From Candidatus Multivoradales bacterium (GTDB lineage Bacteria > Acidobacteriota > Thermoanaerobaculia > Multivoradales > JAHEKO01): DNA of 64,000 nucleotides. Shown in pieces: positions 30,828 to 43,794 of this stretch; within the stretch, counting starts at the first letter, position 1, and the number at the start of each line of letters is the position of its first letter. The notes below the pieces were generated by a model, which did not search any database, was not told the origin of the DNA, and was given only the letters and a program-made list of their open reading frames with translations. The DNA is taken from assembly GCA_965223155.1 (NCBI GenBank), contig CBDCVR010000013.1, forward strand, positions 192,001-256,000. Direction: 5' to 3'. The translations under genes and the position numbers were made by a program.

Positions 30828-33029
30828 TCAGCCGTCCCAGCTCGCGGTTCCGAGAGTCTCGAGGTCCGCCCGCCGGCGGCGCAGATCGAAGACCAGCCGG
30901 TACGACGTCGCCGAGCGCAGCTCGACGGGTTTGGAGAAAGGGCCTAGAGGATCTCCGGTCGGCGGGCGCACGGTGATCGTGACTCGTCCCGGGGCCAGGA
31001 GCCGGCGCTCGGTGGGCGCTTGGCCCCAAGCGGTGCCGTCCACGTCGATGGTTGCGACGGCAGTGTCCGGGACCACGGCAACGACCACCGCGGCAGGGGG
31101 GCCGATGGGCGATTCCAGAGTTTCGGCGGCTCCGGGAGCGAGCCCGACCTGAACCGAGCGCCTGACGCTGTAGGTGGGTGTCTGGAGAGCGAAGGTCACC
31201 GTGTGTTCGCGAGCCGGTAGCTCGAAGACACGGCGCGTGTTGAGAGGCTGGAAGGGGCCGCCGTCGATCGACACGGTCATCCGTGGATCCCAACTCGGCC
31301 GAATGAGGAGGGTGGCGCTGCCACCAGTGGCCGGAACCGGAGCGCCGGCTGGGATCGTCTCAGCGCTGCCCGGGGCGGAGGTGGCGAGGGCTGGCGTGGC
31401 CGCCGACGGATCGGCGCCGGTCGCGCCTTCGCCTTCCGGCGGGAACTGCCGGTCCGCGGTTCGGGTTGCGGAGGGGGAGGGCTCGCCCGGCTCCGCCGTC
31501 GGGCTGTTCGAAGAAGCCGTCGGCTCGAAGGGAGCTGTCGAGGATGGATCGGGAACTTGGTCCTCTCGAATCGCGGGGTTCGCCCGATTTGCCTGACTTC
31601 GAAACTCGGCGCGACGGGCGTCGAGTCCGGTCTCGGACAAAGTGTCCAAAAGTGCACCAAGACGAGACTCCACGGTGGCCGTCAGGGTCCGTCCGGCCTC
31701 GGGCGGAAGGCGGCCGGCGACTCGATTGGGTAGCCACGCCGAAGGCCAGGCGCCAATCCATTGCCCCGCGGCGAGGTACCGAGCCCAGGGTCTGGTGGCT
31801 CTGATGCCTCTGATGGCTCCGATGCCTCCGCTGGCTCCGATACCCGCGACCGCCTCGCCGGCCCCGACCGACCCGTCAACGAGCCTGTTCCAGGCCTGCG
31901 GCGCGGGCCAAAGGGCGTATGCAGCAAGGAGTCCGAGGGCGAGAAGGGTGGCGAGACCGGGGAGAAGCCGGTGCCGCCACCAGAGTTGCCCGCCTTCGAG
32001 AGGGATCGCGGCGCTGGAGCGGCGAGCCGGTGGACGGGGAGCCGCGATGGGGAGCTCGGCCAGCGATCCCTGGCGCCCGTTGGCGAGCGGCCCAACATCG
32101 GGCAAGGGGATCGGTACGGTGTCGGACGAGGGCTTGGCCAGTCGGGGGTCGGCGAGCAGCTGGTCGAGCTCCGCGGCGACGCCGTGCAAATCCGGCGGCC
32201 TTCGCTCCGGCCCTCGCGCCAGGCAGCGGTGGACGAGTCGGGCCAACTCGGCTGGGAGCTCTGGCGAGTGGGTCCGGACCGGCTGCGGCCTGGTGTGGGC
32301 GATGCGATAGAGAAGGGCTGAGAGGGTGTCCCCCTCGAAAGGACGCACTCCGGTGAAAAGCTCGTACGCCACGACGCCGAAGGAGTAGACGTCGGTACGG
32401 AAGGTGGGTCGCGTCCCCTGAATCTGTTCGGGAGCGAGATAGGCGGCGGTCCCGACGGTGGTTCCAGTGCGCGTCAGATCGGAGGGCGACTCTTTGAGCG
32501 CGGCCACCCCGAAGTCCAGGATCCGGATGCTGTCGTCGGCCAAGAGGCGGATGTTCGACGGCTTGATGTCTCGATGCACCACGCCCTGGTCGTGAGCGTG
32601 GGCCAGGCCTTCGGCCACCGAGCGCAAGATCTCGAGACGGCGTCGCAGCGGCACCGGGGGTCCCCGATCGATACGGTCGGAGAGATCCTCGCCGTCGAGC
32701 AGCTCCTGAACCAGGAAGGGCACGCCTTCGGCGATGCCGAAGTCGAACAGGCGGACGATGGCCGGATGGTCGAGCTTGCCGACGATCTCCGCCTCCCGCG
32801 CGAAGCGATCGCGCACGTCGGGCTGCATCGACGCGCACTTCTTGACGGCTACAGGGCGCTTGATCAGCGGATCGTAGCCGCGGAAGACCATGGCGAAGCC
32901 GCCGGCGTTCAATGGTTCGATCAGCTCGTAGCGATCCAGGCGCTCGCGGCTCGAGTCCGGCGCAACGCCAGTTTCGGACCGGGACCGGTGCTCGATACGA
33001 GCGGTCTCGAAAGTCAATGGCTGGGTCAT
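30828..33029 (-). CDS. Membrane-anchored Hanks-type Ser/Thr kinase with C-terminal PEGA-like beta domains
   Basis: AGGFAMV, VAVKK, HRDIKPSNI, DFG, YLAPE, DVYSFG; TM helix; Pro/Ala linker. Confidence 0.9.
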   Translation of the reverse strand: MTQPLTFETARIEHRSRSETGVAPDSSRERLDRYELIEPLNAGGFAMVFRGYDPLIKRPVAVKKCASMQPDVRDRFAREAEIVGKLDHPAIVRLFDFGIAEGVPFLVQELLDGEDLSDRIDRGPPVPLRRRLEILRSVAEGLAHAHDQGVVHRDIKPSNIRLLADDSIRILDFGVAALKESPSDLTRTGTTVGTAAYLAPEQIQGTRPTFRTDVYSFGVVAYELFTGVRPFEGDTLSALLYRIAHTRPQPVRTHSPELPAELARLVHRCLARGPERRPPDLHGVAAELDQLLADPRLAKPSSDTVPIPLPDVGPLANGRQGSLAELPIAAPRPPARRSSAAIPLEGGQLWWRHRLLPGLATLLALGLLAAYALWPAPQAWNRLVDGSVGAGEAVAGIGASGGIGAIRGIRATRPWARYLAAGQWIGAWPSAWLPNRVAGRLPPEAGRTLTATVESRLGALLDTLSETGLDARRAEFRSQANRANPAIREDQVPDPSSTAPFEPTASSNSPTAEPGEPSPSATRTADRQFPPEGEGATGADPSAATPALATSAPGSAETIPAGAPVPATGGSATLLIRPSWDPRMTVSIDGGPFQPLNTRRVFELPAREHTVTFALQTPTYSVRRSVQVGLAPGAAETLESPIGPPAAVVVAVVPDTAVATIDVDGTAWGQAPTERRLLAPGRVTITVRPPTGDPLGPFSKPVELRSATSYRLVFDLRRRRADLETLGTASWDG
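31797..31841. repeat. 5 x 9-bp imperfect tandem repeat inside the kinase gene
   Basis: ggctctgat gcctctgat ggctccgat gcctccgct ggctccgat. Confidence 0.8.
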
Positions 33030-33362
33030 TGCGTTCTGTCCCCGAGCGACCCCGTACGGTGTGTGCAGCGCGTCTGCGATCGTAACCACGATAGGCTGGC
33101 GCCGGTGTGAAGCGCGCCACATCCAAGTACTTGCCGATCCATCGGGCAAGCCCGCAGACCTGCTCGCGGACCGGCGAGGAGCTGCTCCTCGACCGGTGGC
33201 AACAACCGTCCCTCGCGGGAGCGTCCCTTAGAGCGCGCCGCCGGCTGGATCGGTCCCGACGTGCCCGGATGCGGGCCAATTGGCAGGGGCGCTATCGCGA
33301 GCTGCCGCAAGCGCTGGTGTTGGTCCAGACCGGACATCCGGGCAAGTGCGGAGTGCCGGACG

Positions 33363-34463
33363 ATGGCTGGTAAGGCGCCCGCGAGCGCTCTCGACGCGCT
33401 CCTGGCGCGGATGGTGGCTGCCGGGGCGGTGTCGGCCGCGGCCGCTCTGATCGGCGATGCCCGTTCGGTGCGGTTGGAGGCCGCGGTGGGCCGCGCTGCC
33501 GGCCGTCGGCACGGCCGGACCGTCCCCGAGGGCGCACCGGTGAGCGCCGCCAGCCGGTTCGATCTGGCGTCGCTCACCAAGCCCTTCGTGGCGTCTCTGG
33601 CGCTGGTGCTGGACCGGCGGGGCCTGCTGCCGCTCGACACCCGAATCGGCGGTCTACTGCCCACGACCGCGGGTTGGTTGGGCCGGAAGCACCTGGCTTC
33701 CCTGTTGCGCCATCGGGCTGGGCTGGCGGCCTGGGCACCGGTCTACCTGGGGGAATCGAAGTCGTGGAAGGCGCCGCCGCGGGCCGAGGGCCGGGGTGGG
33801 CGGCGCAGACCTTCCGAACTGGTGGCGGGTGAGCTCGCCGGTAGGTTGGTCGGGCAGCCCGTGGGGACGTACAGTGACCTTGGGTACTTGCTTTGGTGCG
33901 AAGCGGCCGAGCGTGCGCTGGGGCGCCCTCTCGAGACTCTGCTGGCCCGGCACCTAGCTGGACCTCTTGGCTGTTCGGGGCTGGCGGCATCTCCCGGGCC
34001 GGAGCCGGGAGTCGTAGGTTGCGCTCTCGACACGCGTCGAGAGGTCGAGTTGGCGGCCGGTCTTGGCCTAGAGATTCCGTGCTTGCCGGCGCCTGGGTTG
34101 GGGGTCGTCCAGGATGGCAACGCCCGCTTCCTCGGGGGCGTGCCCGGTCACGCGGGCCTCTTCGGGAGCGCCCGGGACGCTTGGCGCTTGGCCGCTGAGT
34201 GGCTCCAGCCCGGGCGGCTTCTCGACCGGGCTCGAGTCGTTTCGGAGTGCGGCCGGCGGGGACCTTTCGTGGCCGGCTGGCGGGTGCGCCCCCCGGCGGC
34301 GCGGGGACTCGGTGGCCGTTGGCTAGGCCACACCGGCTTTACCGGCGGGGGCGCCTGGTTGCGCGTGGATCGAGGCGAGGTCCGGGTGCTGCTGGCGCAC
34401 CGGACCGCGGTGGACGTGGACCTGACTCCGTACCGGCGTGAGTTCCTGCGTTTGGAGCTCTGA
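33363..34463 (+). CDS. Beta-lactamase/serine hydrolase family protein
   Basis: FDLASLTK (SxxK), YSDLGY, GHAGLF, GHTGFTG. Confidence 0.85.
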   Translation: MAGKAPASALDALLARMVAAGAVSAAAALIGDARSVRLEAAVGRAAGRRHGRTVPEGAPVSAASRFDLASLTKPFVASLALVLDRRGLLPLDTRIGGLLPTTAGWLGRKHLASLLRHRAGLAAWAPVYLGESKSWKAPPRAEGRGGRRRPSELVAGELAGRLVGQPVGTYSDLGYLLWCEAAERALGRPLETLLARHLAGPLGCSGLAASPGPEPGVVGCALDTRREVELAAGLGLEIPCLPAPGLGVVQDGNARFLGGVPGHAGLFGSARDAWRLAAEWLQPGRLLDRARVVSECGRRGPFVAGWRVRPPAARGLGGRWLGHTGFTGGGAWLRVDRGEVRVLLAHRTAVDVDLTPYRREFLRLEL

Positions 34464-34609
34464 GGCGGGTTCTGTCGCGGAGGCGGCGGCTGGTGTCGCC
34501 GGCGCGCCGGTCGTGGTAAAACTCCCGATGCGGGCCGGGGCACTCCGGCCGGCGTCCGGCCGGGACACGGTCGGCACTTTGCGAACCGAACATTGAGGGA
34601 CGATCTGCG

Positions 34610-35797
34610 ATGAGTATGGAGAAGGATCTTGTACTTCTAGATGGCGTGCGCACGCCCATGGGTGAGTTCAACCAGTCGTTTGCCGGCGTCTCGGCGATCG
34701 ACCTGGGAGCCCACGCCGCCCGGGCGCTCTTCGAGCGTTCCGGCGTCGAACCGGCCGAGATCGACCATAGCGTCGTCGGCAACGCCCTCCAGACCTCGAC
34801 GGATGCCATCTATGGCGCGCGCCACGTGGCCCTCAAGTCGGGTGTGCCCGAGGACAAGCCCGCCCTGACCGTCAACCGGCTGTGCGGTTCGGGCATCCAG
34901 TCGATTCTGAGTGGCGCCCACCTCATCCTGGCGGGCGAGGCTGGCACGTGCCTGGTCGGCGGCATGGAGAACATGAGCCAGGCGCCGCATTGCATCTGGG
35001 GCGCCCGGCGTGGCCTGCCCCTGGGCCGCGGCAAGCTCGAAGATCTGTTGATGGCATCCCTCTTGGATTCGTACTGCGGCTACTACATGGCGCAGACGAG
35101 TAACAACCTGGCCCGCGACTACGACATCTCTCGCGCCGAGCAGGACGAGTTCGCGGTGCTCAGTCAGCAACGGGCGGCGGCCGCCGCGGAAGCCGGCCGG
35201 CTTGCCGATGAGATCGCGCCGGTCGAGGTCGGCAAGGGCAAGCGGGCCCGGACCGTGTCCGTAGACGAGCATCTGCGCCCGGAGACCACGGCCGAGACCC
35301 TGGCGAAGCTGCCCACGGTTTTCGACGAAGACGGCTTCGTGACCGCGGGCAACGCTTCGGGCATCGTGGACGGCGCGGCGATGATGTTGCTGACCACGGC
35401 CGAGGCCGCAGAGGCCAAAGGTAGGATCCCGTTGGGCAGGATCCGGTCCTGGTCGGTCGTGGGTGTCGAACCGTCGCGCATGGGCATCGGACCGGCTCCG
35501 GCGATCCGGGAGGCGGTGGCGCGGGCCGGCATGTCTCTCGGCGACCTCGATCTCATCGAGATCAACGAGGCGTTTGCCGGCCAGATCCTCGCCGTGGTTC
35601 GGGAGCTGGATCTCGACACCGACAGGCTCAACGTCAACGGCGGCGCCATCGCTCTCGGCCATCCGCTCGGGGCCACGGGGACCCGGATCACGCTGACTCT
35701 GCTCAAGGAGCTTCAGCGCCGGGGTGGTGGCGTCGGCGTGGCCTCGGCGTGTATCGGGGGCGGGCAGGGCATCGCCATCGTCGTCGAGACGGTCTAG
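34610..35797 (+). CDS. Acetyl-CoA C-acyltransferase (thiolase)
   Basis: NRLCGSG, EINEAFA, NGGAIALGHPLGATG, CIGGGQG. Confidence 0.95.
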   Translation: MSMEKDLVLLDGVRTPMGEFNQSFAGVSAIDLGAHAARALFERSGVEPAEIDHSVVGNALQTSTDAIYGARHVALKSGVPEDKPALTVNRLCGSGIQSILSGAHLILAGEAGTCLVGGMENMSQAPHCIWGARRGLPLGRGKLEDLLMASLLDSYCGYYMAQTSNNLARDYDISRAEQDEFAVLSQQRAAAAAEAGRLADEIAPVEVGKGKRARTVSVDEHLRPETTAETLAKLPTVFDEDGFVTAGNASGIVDGAAMMLLTTAEAAEAKGRIPLGRIRSWSVVGVEPSRMGIGPAPAIREAVARAGMSLGDLDLIEINEAFAGQILAVVRELDLDTDRLNVNGGAIALGHPLGATGTRITLTLLKELQRRGGGVGVASACIGGGQGIAIVVETV

Positions 35798-35946
35798 CGA
35801 AGCCGTCTCGACCAGGTAAGGGGTCCGGCCGGTGCGGGGATGCCCGTTCTGGACGGCTCTCCGGGTTGCGATTGGCTTAGCGTCAGATCGCCACGCTCGA
35901 TTGCGTCTTTTCTAGGTAGCCGGTCCGGCCAGGACGGCTTACCAAG

Positions 35947-36654
35947 ATGGGCGCGTTGATCCGAGACATGGACCTGCTGGAGCGGCCGCGCGAGCGGTTG
36001 CTGGCGAACGGCTCGGCGGCGCTTGCCGACAGCGAGCTGGTCGCCATTCTGCTCCGGACCGGCGGCGCCGGGCGCTCGGCCGTGGCCCTGGCTCGCGAGC
36101 TACTGCGCGAGATGGGAGGCCTGCCGGGCCTGGTGGGTATTGGCGCCGACGCGGTGCGGCGTCCGGGACTGGGAGACGCCAAGGCCGCGGCGGTGCTAGC
36201 GGCGGTGGAGATCGCGCGGCGCCTGGCCCGGGCCGAGATTCCAGATCGGCTGCCGCTCTCCCGGCCGGAGGCCGTGGCCCGGTACCTCGCGATGCGCTAC
36301 GGCAATCGCGGCCAGGAGGTCTTTGGCGTCCTGTTTCTGGACTCGCGCTCGCGCTTGCTCGCTGAGCTCGAGATCTTTCGCGGGACCCTCCAGCGGGCTT
36401 CGGTCGAGCCCCGCCAGATCTTCAAGGAGGCTCTGCTGCGGAACGCCGCGAGCCTCATCGTGTTCCACAACCACCCGAGCGGGGATCCGTCACCGAGCGC
36501 TGAGGACTTGGCCTTCACCCGGCGCCTCGTGGCGAGCGGCGAAGTCGTGGGAGTGCGCCTGCTGGACCATCTGATTCTGGGCGGAAGCGGCGCCTGGGTG
36601 TCGTTGCGCTCGCGCCCGGATTGGCCCCTCGCGGAGGCCCTGCGCTCGGCCTGA
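35947..36654 (+). CDS. radC: RadC/JAB-domain protein
   Basis: ERPRERL, LAAVEIARR, HNHPSGDPSPSAED, LLDHLI. Confidence 0.94.
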   Translation: MGALIRDMDLLERPRERLLANGSAALADSELVAILLRTGGAGRSAVALARELLREMGGLPGLVGIGADAVRRPGLGDAKAAAVLAAVEIARRLARAEIPDRLPLSRPEAVARYLAMRYGNRGQEVFGVLFLDSRSRLLAELEIFRGTLQRASVEPRQIFKEALLRNAASLIVFHNHPSGDPSPSAEDLAFTRRLVASGEVVGVRLLDHLILGGSGAWVSLRSRPDWPLAEALRSA

Positions 36655-36821
36655 CGGCTTCGGGTACGGGAATCCTACGTTTCGGGCAACCAAGGCCGCG
36701 GACCGTCTTGCGAGCCCCGGGCGCCCGGCCGCGGCCCTGCGCCGGGTCGTGGGTCCGAGGTAAGATTCCGGTATCCGTTCGGGCTGTTTCGCCGCCCGAT
36801 CCCCGGGTTGGCCCGCACGCA

Positions 36822-38738
36822 ATGAGCAGTCCCTTCTATCTCTCGACACCGATCTACTACGTCAACGACTTGCCCCACATCGGGCACGTCTACACCACCA
36901 TCGTGGCCGATACGGTGGCTCGGTACCGCCGGCTCGCGGGCGATGACGTGTTCTTCGCTACCGGCACCGACGAGCACGGCGTCAACATCTTGCGCACCGC
37001 GGAGCGGCGAGGTATCAGCCCGCAGGAACAGGCCGATCGGGTGGTCTCTCGGTACCGGGAGCTGTGGAGCGAGATCGGCATCTCCCACGACGACTTCGTG
37101 CGCACGACCGAGCCGCGCCATCATCGTGCGGTGGCTGAGATCGTCCGGAGGATCGAGGCCAACGGCGATCTCTACTCGGCGAAGCACGAGGGCTGGTACT
37201 GCGCCTCGTGCGAGAGCTTCTACACCGAAAAGGAGATCGGTGCCGACCGGCTGTGCCCGATTCATGAGACGGAGACCGAGTGGCAGTCGGAGGAGAACGT
37301 GTTCTTCCGGTTGTCGAAGTACCAGGAGCGCCTGCTGGAGTGGTACGACCGGCCCGGTTCGGTGGAGCCGCAGAGCCGCCGCAACGAGGTTCGGAGTTTC
37401 GTCGCAGGGGGGCTCCGGGACTTGTCGGTGAGCCGCGCCGGCCTGACTTGGGGCGTGGAGTTCCCCGGCCATCCCGGCCAGACGGTCTACGTATGGCTCG
37501 ATGCGCTCACCAACTACCTGAGCGTGCTTGGCTTCGGGACCGAGCCCGAAAGCGAGCGGCTGCGTTTCTGGAGCGACGAAGCGGGCCGCCGGCTTCATCT
37601 CGTGGGCAAGGACATCTTGCGGTTTCACGCCGTCTACTGGCCAGCCTTCCTGATGTCGGCTGGACTGCCTTTGCCGACCACTGTCTGGGCTCACGGCTGG
37701 TGGCTTCGCGACGACAAGAAGGTCTCGAAGTCGGTCGGCAATATCGTTTCCCTGGACGAGGTTTTCGAGCAGTTCGGCGTCGATCCCGTCCGGTACTTCC
37801 TTCTGCGGGAGATGGTATTCGGCCAGGACGCGAGCTTCTCGGACGAGGCCTTCGTGGATCGTTTCAACAGCGACCTCGCCAACGATCTGGGCAACACCGT
37901 GAGCCGGCTGGTCAAGCTCTCCCGGACCGCCTTCGACGGCAAGACGCCTCCGGAAGCGTGCGGCAACAATCCGGTCCGGGAGACCGCGCTCGCGGCGCTC
38001 GCCGAGTATCGCGAGGCGATGGATGCCCTGGCGTTTCACCGCGCGCTGCGCAGCCTGTGGCGAATCCTGGCCGAGGTCAACCAGTACCTGGTGAGCCGCG
38101 CTCCCTGGAAGGCGCTGAAGGAAGGGCCGGCCGACGACGCGGTCTCGCGCGTCCTCTGGAACGGGCTGGAGGGGTGTCGCCTGGTGGCGGCCGGGTTGGT
38201 CCCGATCATGCCCGAGCTGGCGCCGCGCATTCTGAAGGCCATCGGGGCCGGGGTCCCTGAGAGCCTCGAAGGGTTGGAATGGGGCGGGCTGCCGCTGTCG
38301 GCCGAGTTGCCCGAGCGCCAGGCACTGTTTCCACGAATCGACAAGAAGGCGTTTCTGGCCGGGGAGGCGCTCGTGAGCGCGGTACCGCCGGTGGAGGACA
38401 CGAAGGAGACAGAACCGATGATCTCGATCGACGAATTCTTTCGTACCGAGCTCAAGGTGGCCGACGTTGTCGCCGCCGAGCGGATTCCAAAGTCCAAGAA
38501 GCTGCTCAAGCTCACGGTCCGCCTGGGGGAGGAGGAGCGCACCGTGGTTGCCGGCATCGCCGAAGCGTACGAAGCCGAAGATCTCGTCGGACGGCAGGTC
38601 GTGGTGGTGGCCAACCTGCAGCCCGCCAAGCTCATGGGCGTCGAGTCCCAGGGCATGGTGCTGGCGGCGTCGGTGGACGGTAGGCCGGTACTGGTGCATC
38701 CGGCGCAGGAAGTGCCCGGCGGGACCCCCGTGAAGTGA
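36822..38738 (+). CDS. metG: Methionine-tRNA ligase with C-terminal tRNA-binding domain
   Basis: TPIYYVN, HIGH, GTDEHG, YVWLDAL, GKDILRFH, KVSKS, GVESQGM. Confidence 0.96.
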   Translation: MSSPFYLSTPIYYVNDLPHIGHVYTTIVADTVARYRRLAGDDVFFATGTDEHGVNILRTAERRGISPQEQADRVVSRYRELWSEIGISHDDFVRTTEPRHHRAVAEIVRRIEANGDLYSAKHEGWYCASCESFYTEKEIGADRLCPIHETETEWQSEENVFFRLSKYQERLLEWYDRPGSVEPQSRRNEVRSFVAGGLRDLSVSRAGLTWGVEFPGHPGQTVYVWLDALTNYLSVLGFGTEPESERLRFWSDEAGRRLHLVGKDILRFHAVYWPAFLMSAGLPLPTTVWAHGWWLRDDKKVSKSVGNIVSLDEVFEQFGVDPVRYFLLREMVFGQDASFSDEAFVDRFNSDLANDLGNTVSRLVKLSRTAFDGKTPPEACGNNPVRETALAALAEYREAMDALAFHRALRSLWRILAEVNQYLVSRAPWKALKEGPADDAVSRVLWNGLEGCRLVAAGLVPIMPELAPRILKAIGAGVPESLEGLEWGGLPLSAELPERQALFPRIDKKAFLAGEALVSAVPPVEDTKETEPMISIDEFFRTELKVADVVAAERIPKSKKLLKLTVRLGEEERTVVAGIAEAYEAEDLVGRQVVVVANLQPAKLMGVESQGMVLAASVDGRPVLVHPAQEVPGGTPVK

Positions 38739-39511
38739 CCGGTTTCATCGACTCGCACTGCCATCTCCAGTACTTCTCGGCCGAGGAGCAAGCCTTCTTC
38801 TTGGACCGAGCCCGCAATCGGGGCGTGGCGGGATTCCTGGTGCCTGCGGTGCGGCTCGATGACGTCCCCGGGATCCTGGAGCTGGCCGAGCGTGAGGACG
38901 ACGTATGGTGCGCCGCCGGGGTTCACCCCCATGAAGCCAGCTCATGGCGATCGGGCGACGCGCGGCGCCTGGCCGAGTACCTGGGCCATCCCAAGGTGGT
39001 GGCGGTGGGCGAGTGTGGTTTGGATTTCTTCTACGACCGAGCGCCCCGGGATCAGCAGCTCGGGGTCATGCGGGCTCAGTGGGACGTGGCGCTCGAGCAC
39101 GGCTTGCCGGTGGTGGTGCACAACCGAGATAGCGACGCCACCATGCTGGCCGCCCTGGCCGATGATCTCTTCGGCGAGCTGACCGGGGTGATGCATTCGT
39201 TTGCCGCGAGTCCGCAGATGGCGCGGACGGTTGTTGCCCACGGCTTCTACGTCGGCGTCTCGGGCATGGTGACCTTTCCCAAGGCGGACAACGTTCGGGC
39301 GATCGTCGGCGAGGTGCCGGCGGACAGGCTCCTGGTCGAGACCGACACCCCGTATCTGACACCGGTGCCCTACCGGGGCCGTCGCAATGAGCCTGCCTTC
39401 GTCTACGAGGCCGGCAAGCGCCTTGCGCAGGAGCTGGGAGTCTCGGTAGAGGAGTTGGAGGACGGCACGAGCCGGAACTTCTACCGGCTCTTTCCCAAGG
39501 CCGCCGGATAG
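38735..39511 (+). CDS. tatD: TatD-family hydrolase
   Basis: DSHCH, GVHPH, GECGLD, VETDTPYL. Confidence 0.93.
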   Translation: MTGFIDSHCHLQYFSAEEQAFFLDRARNRGVAGFLVPAVRLDDVPGILELAEREDDVWCAAGVHPHEASSWRSGDARRLAEYLGHPKVVAVGECGLDFFYDRAPRDQQLGVMRAQWDVALEHGLPVVVHNRDSDATMLAALADDLFGELTGVMHSFAASPQMARTVVAHGFYVGVSGMVTFPKADNVRAIVGEVPADRLLVETDTPYLTPVPYRGRRNEPAFVYEAGKRLAQELGVSVEELEDGTSRNFYRLFPKAAG

Positions 39512-39532
39512 CCGGGGCCCCGGTATCGGTAC

Positions 39533-40309
39533 TCAGATCGGGTTGGGAACGTCGACGAAGGCCACTTCGAGCGAGTACCGGTCGGCCAGATAGTCGCCCA
39601 GTGCCCGGATGCCGAGGACCTCGGTCCGGTGGTGGCCGGCGGCCACGAAGTGGATCCCGGCCTCGAGAGCGACGTTCATGACCCATTCGGTGGGCTCGCC
39701 GGTGATGAAGGCGTCGAGCCCCAGCTCGATGGCCTCATAGATGGCCTTCGAGCCGCCGCCGGAGACCATGCCGACCGTGGAGATCGCCGCCGGGCCTCCG
39801 GAGAAAGTGAGCGGGCTGCCGCCGAAGGCGGCTCTGCAGCGTGCGAGGAGCTCGTCGGGAGAAATGGGTTCCGGAAACCGTCCGAAGTGTCCGATGTCGG
39901 CGCCGCCGAAGTTCGCGAAGGGCTGGAGCTCGTCGGCGCTCGCTCCGAGGGCGCCCAGGCCCAGGGCGTTGTTGCCCAGAGTGGCGTGGGCGTCCAGCGG
40001 CAGGTGGTAGGCGAGGAGGTTCAACTCGGCGGCCAGGAGCGCTTGCAGGCGGTCCTTGCGGAATCCGGTAACCCGCCGCGAGTCCCCTTCCCAGAAGAGC
40101 CCGTGGTGGACAAGGAGGGCGTCGGCGCCGGCCGCGGCGGCGTGCTCGATAAGCTCGCGGCAGGCGGACACCCCGGTGACCACAGAGCGCACCCGTTTCG
40201 CGCCCTCGACCTGTAGGCCGTTGGGACAGGCGTCCCGGAACCGATCGATCTCCAGCAGCTCGCCGAGATGCCGGAGGATTCGATCGCGTGACGTTCCGTC
40301 GTCCGTCAT
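39533..40309 (-). CDS. Nif3/YbgI-like dinuclear metal protein
   Basis: PNGLQVEG, VHHGLFW, YHLPLDAH, GHHRTE. Confidence 0.92.
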   Translation of the reverse strand: MTDDGTSRDRILRHLGELLEIDRFRDACPNGLQVEGAKRVRSVVTGVSACRELIEHAAAAGADALLVHHGLFWEGDSRRVTGFRKDRLQALLAAELNLLAYHLPLDAHATLGNNALGLGALGASADELQPFANFGGADIGHFGRFPEPISPDELLARCRAAFGGSPLTFSGGPAAISTVGMVSGGGSKAIYEAIELGLDAFITGEPTEWVMNVALEAGIHFVAAGHHRTEVLGIRALGDYLADRYSLEVAFVDVPNPI

Positions 40310-41433
40310 CGAGCCGCTTCCGCCGCGCTCGACGTGTCCTGAGCGTTGATCAGGGTGCGAAGGGAGTCCAAGTCCTGGTGGCAAGCCAGGAAGGCATCCA
40401 CCAGGGCCGGGTCGAAGTGGTGTCCGCGGTCCTTGGTGATCCGCCGGATCGCCTCTTCGTGCTCGTAGGCTTGCTTGTACGGTCGGGGGCTGGTGATGGC
40501 GTCGTAGGCGTCGGCTAGGGCGACGATGCGGGCCGACAGCGGGATCGCCTCGCGCGCGAGCCCGTTGGGGTATCCGGCGCCGTCCCAGCGCTCGTGATGG
40601 GCGTAGGCGATTTCCATGCCCATGGATAGGAACGTCTGTCCCGGATGGGTCTCGACCACGCTCCGTAACGTGTCGCCGCCGATGGTCGTGTGGCGCTGCA
40701 TGATGGCGAACTCGTCGTCGGCCAGGGGACCCGGCTTGTGCAGGATCGCGTCGGGAATGCCGACCTTGCCGATGTCGTGCAGAGGGCTCGAACGGTGCAG
40801 ATGATGCACGAACTCGGAATCGACCTGGCTCCGGTAGGGGCCATGCTTGCCGAGCTGCTCGGCCAGGCGGCGCCCGTACTCGCTCATCCGTTCCAGGTGG
40901 AGGCCGGTGTCGATGTCGCGCGACTCGGCCAGCTTGGCGAGGGTGATGAGGGCCAGATCCCGGGTCTCGAGGATCTCACGGGTCTGGGCCTCGATCATGT
41001 GCTCGAGGTTGAGGCGGTAGGCCTCGTTCTGACGCTGAAGCTCGTAGCGCTCGAGAGCCCGGCTGACGGTGTTCGACAGCTCTTCGAGCTCGAACGGCTT
41101 GATGAGATAGTCGTAGGCACCCTCGCGCAGGGCCTGGCGCACCACCGACATCTCGTGGTGTCCCGAGACCATCACCACCTGAGCGTGCGGATCGAGAGAC
41201 TTGACCTTCCGCAACAGCTCGAGACCGGTCATGTTCGGCATCTGGACGTCGGAGACGACCAGGGCCGGATGCGGCTCGACCAGTGCCTGTGCCAAGCCCT
41301 CCTGGCCGTCGACCGCGCTGCGCACGGGATGGCCGAGGGCTCGGATCTGGTTCACCAGGAGCCGGCGGATGGCGTCATCGTCGTCGACTACCAGGACATG
41401 GCGCGACGAAGTCGCTTCGGACGAGCTGGTCAT
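40306..41433 (-). CDS. Response regulator with HD-GYP phosphodiesterase domain
   Basis: VVDDD...SDVQMP...KPF receiver; LHDIGK, HHERWDGAGYP. Confidence 0.93.
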   Translation of the reverse strand: MTSSSEATSSRHVLVVDDDDAIRRLLVNQIRALGHPVRSAVDGQEGLAQALVEPHPALVVSDVQMPNMTGLELLRKVKSLDPHAQVVMVSGHHEMSVVRQALREGAYDYLIKPFELEELSNTVSRALERYELQRQNEAYRLNLEHMIEAQTREILETRDLALITLAKLAESRDIDTGLHLERMSEYGRRLAEQLGKHGPYRSQVDSEFVHHLHRSSPLHDIGKVGIPDAILHKPGPLADDEFAIMQRHTTIGGDTLRSVVETHPGQTFLSMGMEIAYAHHERWDGAGYPNGLAREAIPLSARIVALADAYDAITSPRPYKQAYEHEEAIRRITKDRGHHFDPALVDAFLACHQDLDSLRTLINAQDTSSAAEAAR

Positions 41434-41556
41434 ACGTCTCCCGCACGGCAGGGCAGCGGACTCGCTTCTGCGTGAACGGCCAGTCTAGCCGGAGCGGCCG
41501 GATCGAGCTGTGATCCGGTCCACTCCGGCTGGAACCTGGACGGGCTTGAGGGCGAG

Positions 41557-43794
<2,238 letters not shown>

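Noticed and set aside
33262-33344. 10-bp inverted repeat tgcccggatg/catccgggca resembling a REP or MITE
   Set aside because: Single occurrence, no second copy or target duplication seen.
35947-36654. radC as a marker of a mobile element
   Set aside because: Full-length chromosomal type among core genes, with ordinary codon usage.
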